This document shows positions 1-8,695 of a DNA stretch of 64,000 nt, one piece after another. The DNA is from an uncultured Desulfobulbaceae bacterium (lineage in GTDB: Bacteria > Desulfobacterota > Dissulfuribacteria > Dissulfuribacterales > DYLC01): contig CAYRSX010000038.1 of assembly GCA_964427245.1 (NCBI GenBank), positions 2,495 to 66,494 on the forward strand, read 5' to 3'. The notes below the pieces were generated by a model. That model had not been told where the DNA came from and ran no database searches. It saw only the letters and a list, made by a program, of their open reading frames with translations. Every line of letters starts with the position of its first letter. Position 1 is the stretch's first letter. Both the position numbers and the translations under genes were made by a program.

Positions 1-1
1 G

Positions 2-724
2 GTACCTGCCTGTGAATATAACCCCTTTGAGGCGGTCAAGACCAATATACTTGGGGCTACGAACGTTATAGACGCTGCTTTGACCAACGAGGTTTCGCGC
101 GTGGTGGCCTTGAGTACGGACAAGGCCGTAAATCCGGTAAATCTCTATGGGGCGACCAAGCTCTGCTCCGACAAGCTTTTTATTCACTCCAATGTGTACA
201 GCGGAGACCGTTCAACTCGGTTTGCCTGCGTGCGTTACGGAAATGTCTTGGGTTCACGAGGAAGCGTCATTCCACTCTTTTTAAAACAGAGGGAAAACGG
301 TGTCGTAACCCTGACGGATGAGAGAATGACTCGCTTCTGGATCACCACGGAGGATGCGGTTAAATTAGTGGAATCCGCCTTGTATCTCATGCAGGGTGGA
401 GAGATATTCGTGCCGCACATTCCAAGCATGCGCATTTTGGACCTGGCGGACACCATTGCCCCGGGTTGTGAAAAGAAAGTCATAGGCATTCGGCCCGGTG
501 AAAAGTTGCATGAGGTCCTGATCAACGAAGATGAGGGCCGCTATACCATTCGATATCAGGGTATCTACATCGTTCAGCCGGACGTTTCTGCCTGGAAAAA
601 GGGCAAGTATGCCGCAGGAGAACCTGTGGAGGCACATTTTGCCTATGCCAGTAATACCAACGACTGGTGGTTGACGCCGGAGGAATTAAAGACCATGCTG
701 ATGCGGCAGGGTGTAACTTTATGA
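2..724 (+). CDS. pseB: UDP-N-acetylglucosamine 4,6-dehydratase (inverting), PseB/FlaA1/CapD type; 5' end lies outside the window
   Basis: The frame is open from nt 2. The translation ...LSTDKAVNPVNLYGATKLCSDKLF...VRYGNVLGSRGSVIPLF... shows the SDR YxxxK region and C-terminal half typical of PseB-like dehydratases. The stop overlaps the next start (ATGA at 721-724). Confidence 0.8.
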   Translation, partial: VPACEYNPFEAVKTNILGATNVIDAALTNEVSRVVALSTDKAVNPVNLYGATKLCSDKLFIHSNVYSGDRSTRFACVRYGNVLGSRGSVIPLFLKQRENGVVTLTDERMTRFWITTEDAVKLVESALYLMQGGEIFVPHIPSMRILDLADTIAPGCEKKVIGIRPGEKLHEVLINEDEGRYTIRYQGIYIVQPDVSAWKKGKYAAGEPVEAHFAYASNTNDWWLTPEELKTMLMRQGVTL

Positions 725-1851
725 TTCCATACGGCAGACAATTCATAGATGCAAGGGATATTCAAGCGGTAAACGAGGTGCTTGAGTCCGACTGGATCAC
801 CACCGGACCCAAGGTCAGTGAGTTTGAGGCTGCTGTGGCTTCTTTTGCACAAATGAGTCATGCTGTGGCAGTGAGCAGTGGAACTGCGGCCCTGCATACC
901 GGAATGCACTGTCTGGGCATAAGTCCGCAAGACGAGGTGATAGTGCCGGCCATGACCTTCGTCGCCACAGCGAATGCCGTGGTCTTTTGTGGCGGAAGGC
1001 CTGTCTTTGCAGATGTGAATGCTGATACCTTGCTCATTGATGTGCCAAGTGTCAAGCGTGCTATCACGCCTCGTACACGGGTCATAGTGGCTGTGGACTA
1101 TGCAGGCCAACCATGCAATTATGAAGAATTGCGTGAAATCGCTCAGACGCACGGCCTGTTTCTGGTGGCCGATGCCTGCCACAGCCTGGGTGCGGTCATA
1201 AATGGCAAGATGGCCGCTTCTCTTGCTGATATAACGGTATTTAGTTTTCATCCTGTTAAGCATATCACTACGGGTGAGGGTGGCATGGTGCTGACGAACC
1301 GAAAGGATTGGGCGCAAAAGGCCAGGAGATTTCGCAACCACGGCATAGAAACGGATTCCAGACAGCGCGAGGAACAGGGCACCTGGGCCTATGACATGCT
1401 GGAACTGGGTTATAATTATCGCATTACGGATATGCAATGCGCCTTGGGCATCAGCCAACTTCGAAAACTGCCCCAGTGGCTGCAAGTCCGGCGAAGGCTT
1501 GCCGCCTGTTACAGCGGGCTGCTTGCTGATATCAAGTGGCTCACCCCGTTAAAACAAAAAGAAAGCGGCCATGCCTGGCACCTGTATGTGATAAAATTGA
1601 AGGAAGCCGGTGTGCGCAGGCCATTATTTTCATTTTTGCGACAAAAAGGTATTGGAGTAAACGTACACTATCTGCCTGTGTATTTGCATTCGTTTTATAG
1701 GGATCGTTTTGGAACAGGGCCGGGGCTCTGTCCTGTGGCCGAGAGTGCCTATGAGCATCTTCTGACGCTGCCACTTCATCAGGGCATGACCGAGGCCGAT
1801 GTGAAGTATGTGGTTCAATGTCTGAAGGAGTTTGAATCGCAAGGTCTTTAG
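721..1851 (+). CDS. pseC: DegT/DnrJ/EryC1 family PLP aminotransferase, PseC-like (UDP-4-amino-4,6-dideoxy sugar transaminase)
   Basis: MIPYGRQFIDARDIQAVNEVLESDWITTGPKV... is a typical PseC N-terminus, and FSFHPVKHITTGEGG is the PLP-lysine region. I chose the ATG at 721 (ATGA overlap with pseB) over the ORF-track start at 667. Confidence 0.75.
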   Translation: MIPYGRQFIDARDIQAVNEVLESDWITTGPKVSEFEAAVASFAQMSHAVAVSSGTAALHTGMHCLGISPQDEVIVPAMTFVATANAVVFCGGRPVFADVNADTLLIDVPSVKRAITPRTRVIVAVDYAGQPCNYEELREIAQTHGLFLVADACHSLGAVINGKMAASLADITVFSFHPVKHITTGEGGMVLTNRKDWAQKARRFRNHGIETDSRQREEQGTWAYDMLELGYNYRITDMQCALGISQLRKLPQWLQVRRRLAACYSGLLADIKWLTPLKQKESGHAWHLYVIKLKEAGVRRPLFSFLRQKGIGVNVHYLPVYLHSFYRDRFGTGPGLCPVAESAYEHLLTLPLHQGMTEADVKYVVQCLKEFESQGL

Positions 1852-2981
1852 AAATTGTATGAGAGGGTACCTGTGCACTCCTCCAGAGTAGTAAGTATTT
1901 CTTCATCCGTCACTACGACTATTTCACAGTCTCCTATGCCTTTGTTTAGAACATAGTGAAGCTCGCCATGCTGGACTTTTTTGTCATGCTTCATGATGGC
2001 CAGCAGTTCTTTTGGAGAGAAGCGAGCGGGAATGGCATATGGCAGACCGAAGCGCTCCAGAAGCCGTATAAAACGTGAGAATTCCTCAAAGCGCATGAGT
2101 TCCCTCTTGAAGGACATGCGTGCCGCCACCACCATACCCATGTTCACTGCCTCTCCATGGGAAATGGTGTAATTGGCCGCTGCCTCTATGGCATGTCCTG
2201 CCGTGTGTCCGAAGTTCAGAATACGGCGCAAGTCTGCCTCTTTTTCGTCCTGTTCCACTATCTCTGCCTTTATGGCACAGGAAATGGCTACAATGGCGGT
2301 GATGACCCCTGCATTCAATGAGAGTATCTCATTCCACTTCTGTTCCAGTATATTAAAGAGCTTGGGGCTGCGAATCATGGCGTATTTGATCACCTCCGCC
2401 AGGCCGTTTTTGAGTTCCTGTTCCGGCAGGGTGGAAAGGGTGTTTACGTCTGTCAAGACCAGTTTGGGCTGGTAGAATGTGCCAAGAAGATTCTTGCCTT
2501 CTGGCAGGTCCACGCCGGTCTTGCCGCCTATTGAGCTGTCCACTTGGGCAAGTAATGTGGTGGGAATCTGTACAAAAGGGATGCCTCGCATATAAATGGA
2601 GGCTAAAAAGCCAGTGATATCCTCTGTTACACCCCCTCCCAGGGCCAGAAGCAAAGTCTTGCGATCAGCTTCGAGCCGAAGGAGCTCTTTGGCTAAGTAT
2701 AAGATAGTGCCCATGTTTTTGCTGGCCTCTCCTGCCGGAAACGAGACCAATTCCGCTTTGATTCCAGTCTCTTCCATTTGGTCCTGCAGATTGGAGCCAT
2801 AGAGGCCTTCCACGTTTGTATCCGTGACGATCACATACCGGCTGGCCTTGTAGCCGTTTAGAAGGCTGGTCGTATAGGAAAGGAGGTCAGGGCCTATATA
2901 GATATCGTAGGCGTGTTCCTTAAGGCTTACATGGACGGTCTGGGTTTCTATTGGGAGGTTTGAAGGCATGTCGTTGTTCAT
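1848..2981 (-). CDS. aroB: 3-dehydroquinate synthase
   Basis: GGGVTEDITGFLASIYMRGIPFVQIPTTLLAQVDSSIGGKTGVDL and ...NFGHTAGHAIE are AroB nucleotide- and metal-binding signatures. Confidence 0.9.
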   Translation of the reverse strand: MNNDMPSNLPIETQTVHVSLKEHAYDIYIGPDLLSYTTSLLNGYKASRYVIVTDTNVEGLYGSNLQDQMEETGIKAELVSFPAGEASKNMGTILYLAKELLRLEADRKTLLLALGGGVTEDITGFLASIYMRGIPFVQIPTTLLAQVDSSIGGKTGVDLPEGKNLLGTFYQPKLVLTDVNTLSTLPEQELKNGLAEVIKYAMIRSPKLFNILEQKWNEILSLNAGVITAIVAISCAIKAEIVEQDEKEADLRRILNFGHTAGHAIEAAANYTISHGEAVNMGMVVAARMSFKRELMRFEEFSRFIRLLERFGLPYAIPARFSPKELLAIMKHDKKVQHGELHYVLNKGIGDCEIVVVTDEEILTTLEECTGTLSYNF

Positions 2982-3025
2982 ATAAAAATCGCCCTTGAGT
3001 GCTTTTTGAATCTATGTGGTATAAG

Positions 3026-3123
3026 TGGCGGAAGCGCATGGGAATCGAACCCACCCACGAAGCTCTTCACCTCGTGCACTGGATTTGAAGTCCAGGAGGG
3101 CCACCAGTGCCCTTTCCGCTTCC
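3026..3123 (-). tRNA. selC: tRNA-Sec (anticodon UCA)
   Basis: The reverse complement reads GGAAGCGGAAAGGGCACTGGTGGCCCTCCTGGACTTCAAATCCAGTGCACGAGGTGAAGAGCTTCGTGGGTGGGTTCGATTCCCATGCGCTTCCGCCA. It has the anticodon loop CTTCAAA (UCA), a long variable arm (CACGAGG/CTTCGTG), a TTCGATT T-loop, encoded CCA and a GGAAG... 5' end like E. coli selC. Length is 98 nt. Confidence 0.9.
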
Positions 3124-3492
3124 AGTGATATAGAAAAATAAAGGGTTTCCATTAGTTTGTCAATTGAAGGCCGCTATGATTCAGATTGATGACAAGGGGA
3201 AACATTGATCTTCTATAAAAAGATGCATTATGAATAATTAATAATCTTATTCATTATTACTTGCAATTAGTAGTTATCGATCTTATTCTTTTTACAAATA
3301 AGGGCTGGGTAACCCCGCTCTTATTATTGTATCTCGTTATTATTTTTGGTTAATTTTTTTCGTGATATTTGAGTGCCTTTCTGGTAGGTATGTTTCATGG
3401 TTGTAATCACTGCTGGCTTGGGAATGTTTTTTGTCTATGTGTGTTCTTCTGTTGCCTTCTGGTGTCAGAGCAAAACGAAAGGAGAAATTTTT

Positions 3493-6400
3493 ATGTTCAA
3501 AAAGGTCCGATTGGCTATGTTGATGACCATGGTTGGTATCTCATTGGTTTCTGTGGAAGCTTCCCGGGCAGAGGCAATGGATAGCTCCAAATTGTTTCAA
3601 GAATTGGTCAGGTATCATCAAAAGATACCGATAGAAGACAAGAAGGCTACGGCAATGGCAGATAGAAATAAAGGATTGCTGCCAGGAGCGGTTTCAACAT
3701 ACCTAACATCTTATAAGACGTCCTCTTCATCGGCACCAAACAGTTCTGCGGCTAAAAACATAACCGGTATTCAAGAACTGTCTGTATATTTGGGGGTTGC
3801 CTCCGATACCCGTGCAATGGAGATATATGCCCATAATATGCCCGTGCCGACGGTTCCACACTATTTTGGACCTTATGCCAACTGGGCATTCAGTCCCATG
3901 CCGCGCGGTCCAATCGCCAATATCGATGTGGTGAGTGGAGGTGACGGGTATTTCAATCCGCGAGTGGTGGTCGCTGATGTCTATGGAACTGGAATGGGTG
4001 CTACCGCTGCTGCAACTGTCTCAAACGGGGTCATCACCGATATCACCATCAACCAAGCTGGTTCTGATTACACAGCGCCCATGATAGTGGTGGAGGATGC
4101 CACAGGGACGGGTGCTATGGCAATGGCATCATTGGATGCCTCGAAATTGACCGGTGGTATTAGAAAATTTGTGGATTCTTTGCCGGGTGTAGGAGCATCC
4201 AACGCCAGTACACTAGATGGACACTATATTCCGCTTGCCATTCCTGATACTACCTCGTATCCAGGCAGCGATTACTATGAAATAGAACTGCGTGAGTATG
4301 AACATAGATTTCATTCCGATTTGCCACCTACCAGGCTTCGTGGTTATGTTCAGGTAAAGGACGGTTTAGATGTAACACCTATCAGTTATTTCGGCCCTAT
4401 AATAGTAGCTATAAAAGACAGGCCGGTACGCGTTAAATTCACGAACAAGCTGCCTGTTGGCGCTGGGGGCAAGCTGTTTCTGCCTGTGGATAAAACGGTG
4501 ATGGGGGCTGGCACAGGGCCATTGGCAGGTATGAATATGGGCAGGGATGACTTGACCTGTGATATGTCTCCTTTCGACTGTTATACTGAAAACAGAACCG
4601 CCATTCATCTTCACGGGAATAACTCGGCATGGATCAGTGACGGTACTCCACATCAATGGGTTACGCCTGCCGGAGAACAGACACCATATAAAAAAGGAGT
4701 AAGCGTTTTCAACGTACCTGATATGCCGGATCCAGGCGATGGCTCGTTGACCTTTTATTACACGAACAAACAGAGCGCCAGATTGCTTTGGTATCATGAT
4801 CACACCTACGGTCTGACCAGGCTCAATGTATATGCAGGGGAGGCGGCGGGTTATGCCGTGTTGGATTACGTAGAATACGATATGATAGCAGGGACCAACA
4901 CTACCGGTGTCAACCCAGGCAATTATAAGGTATTGCCCGATTATGGTATGCCGCTTGTATTGCAGGATAAGACATTTGTGGATGCCAGGACCATTGCCTA
5001 TCAGGATCCTACCTGGCGTTGGGGTACCACACCGTCCATGCCAAGGACGGGTGACTTGTGGTTTCCGCATGTTTATATGCCTGTTCAGAACGCCTATGAT
5101 CCATCCGGCATGAATCCGTTTGGTAGATGGCATTATGCCTTGTGGTTTTGGCCGCCTGCGACAGATCACCTTTCGTATCCACCCATTGCCAACCCCTATT
5201 ATGACCCTGTCAATGCGCCATGGGAACCGCCTTTTATGCCTGACTTGCCCAATCCTTCCATGCCTGGTGAGGCGTTTATGGATACTCCGGTTGTAAATGG
5301 TGTAGCCTATCCATATCTGGAAGTAGAGCCCAGGGCATACCGTTTTAGGCTGTTGAATGCCGCAAACGACAGGTATTTTAATCTTCAGTGGTATGTTGGT
5401 GTGGATAAAAATACTATGCAGGAGTGTGCCGCTACAACAAATTGTACGGAAGTTCGTATGGTGCCTGCAGTGGCAACCAATGGCTTCCCGTCTTCTTGGC
5501 CTGCAGATGGTAGAGATGGTGGCATCCCTGATCCATTTACAATAGGTCCTGATTGGATACAGATCGGTACAGAAGGAGGATTTCTGCCAGCACCTGTAGT
5601 TATTCCCAATCAGCCAGTTACTTGGAATATGGATCCAACTACCTTCAATTTCGGGAATGTGGATCTGCATTCTCTGCTTTTGGCGCCTGCTGAACGTGCT
5701 GATGTGATTGTGGATTTTTCGCAATTCGCAGGCAAAACCTTGATACTTTATAATGACGCACCTACTCCATTTCCTGCCCATGATCCGCATCTGGATTATT
5801 TTACCTATAACCCGGATCATACGGATATAGGTGGCGCTCCGCCTGCAAAGCCTGGTTATGGTCCGAATACCAGGACGATCATGCAAGTTCGTGTTAAGGA
5901 TATTCCATCTGCTGATCCGTATAACATTGAAAAATTGAAGTCCGTTTTTGCAAAAACATTCGGGAAAAGAGGCGTTTTTGAGGCAAGCCAAGAACCTATA
6001 ATTATTCCACAACCTTTTTACAACTCGGCTTATGACGCCAAGTTTCCTCAAAAGATCGTAAGACAGTTCGAACAGAGCGTGAGTTTTACTACGCTTGACG
6101 GTAAGAATGTAACCATACCTGTGTCGTCCAAGGCCATTCAGGACGAGATGGGCGAGACCTTCGATCCCATGTTTGGACGCATGAGCAGTATGCTCGGCTT
6201 GGAGCTGCCACCCAGCACTGTTGCAAAGGGTTTTATCGTCTATCCGTTTGCTTCTCCTCCCGTAGATATCATAAAGGGATCGGTGACCGGCACGCCTATC
6301 GGTAGTACGGAGGATGGCACTCAGATCTGGCGCATCACACACAACGGAGTGGATACGCATGCCGTTCATCTGCATCTGGTAAATTTCCAGCTCATTAACC

Positions 6401-7887
6401 GAGTTGCCTGGGATGGTTCGCTGCTGTTACCGGATGAAAACGAGTTGGGCTGGAAGGAGACCTTGCGCGTAAATCCTCTGGAACATACTATCATAGCTTT
6501 TAAGCCCACTATTCCGGATGTACCTTTTGATATCCCTAATAGTATCCACCCGATAGATCCGGCTAAGCCCATTGGGGCTATGCTCATGGGTCCTCCTGGC
6601 GGATTCCAGACCCCTACGGCCTTACCCATTACTATTTTGAATCACAATGTCAATTTCGGGTGGGAATATGTATGGCACTGTCATATGCTGGATCATGAAG
6701 AGATGGACATGATGCATGTGTTGAGTTTGGCGGCAAAGCCTGCCAAACCCCAATTAGAGGCTGCTATTATAGGTGCATCTCCTGCGATAAGTGTGAGACT
6801 GAATTGGTCTAAATCCCTTGGGGCCGACAATTATGTATTACAAAAGAGCAGCGATCCCGACATGCAGCACAATGTTACCAGTATGCCGCTGGGGAATATC
6901 ACGAGTTACTATGATCACGTGGGCGATATATATCAGCCGATCTATTATCGCGTCTATGCTACTACAGTGGTAGGCGACAAGGATACATCAGGTTTTCCTG
7001 TGACGACAGTACAGTCCGACTATTCCGACATCTTCTCCACTGCCACCAGGACATGGATGCCTCTTGCTGTTATGGCAAAGGCTACGCCGGGTGTAGTGTA
7101 TGAAAATGGCCGTATCCAGATGGTTATCTTGGATTTAGATGGGCAGTCAATTTTGATCAATGGTCTTGGCACTGACAATAGCTTCCTGGACACATGGAAG
7201 GTGGTAACCAATGCTAATTTTGGTCCAGCCTTGGCTTATGACAATCTTAACAATAAGCTTTATGTGGGTATTGTTGACAATTATATCATGAAGCTGGGCA
7301 GACTGGATTCAAGCTTTTTCGGTTTCATGTTGAACTGGCTGCCGGTCAGCATAGGTGGATCAGCCACGCCTGCAATCGTCTATAATTCGACTAACAGTAA
7401 GTTGTATATATCTGTCGTCAGTAACACAGCGATTTGGTGGAATACCTTCGATACGGTCTCCAATAGCAGTGCTAACTGGAGTTATTTGGGTATAACTTCA
7501 CCTTCGGCGCCATCCATGGCATATGACTCGGATCTGAACAATGTGTATATTGCTGTTCGTACGTTCAATAATACCATATCTCTGAGTGCGATAGACGGAG
7601 CGAGCGGTGATTTTAGCGGGTGGTTATCCATCGGGGGTATTTCGTCGGAGGCACCGGCTCTCGCCTATCATGCCAAAGACAAAAAACTTTACGTTGCCAT
7701 TCGTGATATGAACGATGAGATCGCTTTGGGGATTTTCAACATCTCCAGCCTTACTTTTGAAGGATGGAAGCCTTTGGGCGGAATAAAGACATACATGGCA
7801 CCATCCATGGTATGGAATGTCGCAACAGGCAAGGTAGATATATTTATCAAAGACGGTTTGGGCAGAGTCTTGAAGCTCTCTTATTGA
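3493..7887 (+). CDS. very large secreted multicopper oxidase-like protein with extra N- and C-terminal domains (Geobacter OmpB/OmpC-like architecture)
   Basis: SD AAAGGAG precedes the ATG at 3493, followed by signal peptide MFKKVRLAMLMTMVGISLVSVEASRAEA. The four MCO copper motifs are present: HLHG (TAIHLHGNN), WYHDH, HAVHLHLVNF and HCHMLDHEEMDMM. The C-terminus carries a W-initiated six-fold repeat. I rejected the ORF-track start at 3397 in favour of the SD plus signal peptide. Confidence 0.8.
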   Translation: MFKKVRLAMLMTMVGISLVSVEASRAEAMDSSKLFQELVRYHQKIPIEDKKATAMADRNKGLLPGAVSTYLTSYKTSSSSAPNSSAAKNITGIQELSVYLGVASDTRAMEIYAHNMPVPTVPHYFGPYANWAFSPMPRGPIANIDVVSGGDGYFNPRVVVADVYGTGMGATAAATVSNGVITDITINQAGSDYTAPMIVVEDATGTGAMAMASLDASKLTGGIRKFVDSLPGVGASNASTLDGHYIPLAIPDTTSYPGSDYYEIELREYEHRFHSDLPPTRLRGYVQVKDGLDVTPISYFGPIIVAIKDRPVRVKFTNKLPVGAGGKLFLPVDKTVMGAGTGPLAGMNMGRDDLTCDMSPFDCYTENRTAIHLHGNNSAWISDGTPHQWVTPAGEQTPYKKGVSVFNVPDMPDPGDGSLTFYYTNKQSARLLWYHDHTYGLTRLNVYAGEAAGYAVLDYVEYDMIAGTNTTGVNPGNYKVLPDYGMPLVLQDKTFVDARTIAYQDPTWRWGTTPSMPRTGDLWFPHVYMPVQNAYDPSGMNPFGRWHYALWFWPPATDHLSYPPIANPYYDPVNAPWEPPFMPDLPNPSMPGEAFMDTPVVNGVAYPYLEVEPRAYRFRLLNAANDRYFNLQWYVGVDKNTMQECAATTNCTEVRMVPAVATNGFPSSWPADGRDGGIPDPFTIGPDWIQIGTEGGFLPAPVVIPNQPVTWNMDPTTFNFGNVDLHSLLLAPAERADVIVDFSQFAGKTLILYNDAPTPFPAHDPHLDYFTYNPDHTDIGGAPPAKPGYGPNTRTIMQVRVKDIPSADPYNIEKLKSVFAKTFGKRGVFEASQEPIIIPQPFYNSAYDAKFPQKIVRQFEQSVSFTTLDGKNVTIPVSSKAIQDEMGETFDPMFGRMSSMLGLELPPSTVAKGFIVYPFASPPVDIIKGSVTGTPIGSTEDGTQIWRITHNGVDTHAVHLHLVNFQLINRVAWDGSLLLPDENELGWKETLRVNPLEHTIIAFKPTIPDVPFDIPNSIHPIDPAKPIGAMLMGPPGGFQTPTALPITILNHNVNFGWEYVWHCHMLDHEEMDMMHVLSLAAKPAKPQLEAAIIGASPAISVRLNWSKSLGADNYVLQKSSDPDMQHNVTSMPLGNITSYYDHVGDIYQPIYYRVYATTVVGDKDTSGFPVTTVQSDYSDIFSTATRTWMPLAVMAKATPGVVYENGRIQMVILDLDGQSILINGLGTDNSFLDTWKVVTNANFGPALAYDNLNNKLYVGIVDNYIMKLGRLDSSFFGFMLNWLPVSIGGSATPAIVYNSTNSKLYISVVSNTAIWWNTFDTVSNSSANWSYLGITSPSAPSMAYDSDLNNVYIAVRTFNNTISLSAIDGASGDFSGWLSIGGISSEAPALAYHAKDKKLYVAIRDMNDEIALGIFNISSLTFEGWKPLGGIKTYMAPSMVWNVATGKVDIFIKDGLGRVLKLSY

Positions 7888-7902
7888 GTCATTTAAATAT
7901 TA

Positions 7903-7941
7903 CCTGTTCCATCGATGGTGTTTTCTTAACGATGGAACAGG
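7903..7941 (+). terminator. hairpin after the multicopper oxidase gene (possible terminator)
   Basis: Perfect 12-bp stem CCTGTTCCATCG / CGATGGAACAGG with a 15-nt loop, 16 nt past the stop. The downstream tail is only weakly T-rich. Confidence 0.5.
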
Positions 7942-8064
7942 TAGGTTATTTGAGTACCATTTTAAGTTAATGGCATTCGTGTAATTTCCTTGTGTTCTTT
8001 GGAATTGGGCTTATAATTTAAAATCATACATAAGTGTAGTCCAATGAAGGATGGAGTGAGTAAT

Positions 8065-8685
8065 ATGCCGATAGTTGGCGTATCATACACACAACCCGTT
8101 ATAGCCCCGTTACAAAACCCTTCGGCTGAAGATTTCACTCAAAATACTTCGGCACCTTTACCAGTAATAAATGCTGCCTCATTCAATCCGCAGGACAGAT
8201 ACAGCCCCTCACAAGGATTCGGTGCAGGTGGCAAATCCGTCTCGCGCGAGGTTTCAAATGGTTCAAAGAACGAGCTTACTTCCCAGGAAGTTGCTGTACT
8301 CCTGGAGCTCAAAAAGACTGATCAACAGGTCAGGCAGCACGAAGCCGCGCACATAGCTGCTGGCGGAAGCTATGTATCCAAGGCCGCCTCATATTCCTAC
8401 AAGATAGGGCCTGACGGTAACAGATATGCAGTGGCAGGCGAGGTGGGTATAGATGTTTCTCCTGAACGGGACCCGCGTGCTACGGTGCAGAAGATGGCTG
8501 TGGTGCAGCGCGCCGCCTTGGCGCCTGCCGACCCATCTCCGCAAGACAGGGCCGTTGCCGTCAAGGCCGCCATGACATCTGCTCGGGCCCAGAGCCAGGT
8601 TCTGAGACTTCAGTATGAAAAGAACAATGGAATGTTTTCGGTGTGGTCTGCATCACCTGGAATGACCATCGACACATACGCATGA
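8065..8685 (+). CDS. SprA-related family protein (putative HExxH metalloprotease, CJM1_0395-like)
   Basis: ELKKTDQQVRQHEAAHIAAGGSYVSKAASYSYKIGPDGNRYAVAGEVGIDVSPERDPRATVQKMAVVQRAALAPADPSPQDRAVA matches my recollection of the SprA-related (PF12118-type) signature and includes HEAAH. I chose the ATG at 8065 because of the GGAGTGAG SD. Confidence 0.6.
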   Translation: MPIVGVSYTQPVIAPLQNPSAEDFTQNTSAPLPVINAASFNPQDRYSPSQGFGAGGKSVSREVSNGSKNELTSQEVAVLLELKKTDQQVRQHEAAHIAAGGSYVSKAASYSYKIGPDGNRYAVAGEVGIDVSPERDPRATVQKMAVVQRAALAPADPSPQDRAVAVKAAMTSARAQSQVLRLQYEKNNGMFSVWSASPGMTIDTYA

Positions 8686-8695
8686 GCCCCTTGTC

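Noticed and set aside
3397-3492. Upstream ORF-track starts for the oxidase (3397), mgtA (28353, GTG), prx (44236), ftn (47186), nuoA (52969) and others
   Set aside because: In each case a downstream ATG is preceded by a good Shine-Dalgarno sequence. It also yields a canonical N-terminus (a signal peptide or a family-typical start) and avoids overlap with the preceding gene or repeat cluster.
3124-3492. c-di-GMP/cGAMP (GEMM-I) riboswitch upstream of the OmpB-like oxidase, by analogy with Geobacter extracellular electron-transfer genes
   Set aside because: Neither the GGCAAACC nor the ACGCAAAGC conserved GEMM-I segment is present in the leader. The region is simply AT-rich.
4366-6375. 669-aa ORF on the minus strand, the longest unexplained ORF in the track
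   Set aside because: It lies entirely antisense to the multicopper oxidase gene, whose sense frame carries all four copper motifs and a signal peptide. The antisense translation is Arg/Ile/His-rich with no recognisable motif, SD or domain. It is a typical shadow ORF. The same reasoning applies to 643..1485(-), 12171..12848(-), 12852..13535(-), 45407..46222(-), 53002..53865(-), 54391..55047(-), 59657..60418(-) and 62369..63040(-).
3124-8685. tRNA-Sec-associated genomic island carrying the oxidase and metalloprotease genes
   Set aside because: No integrase is present, and I saw no direct repeat of the tRNA 3' end. The tRNA 3' end faces aroB, not the oxidase side. The AT-rich stretch is more simply a promoter or regulatory region.
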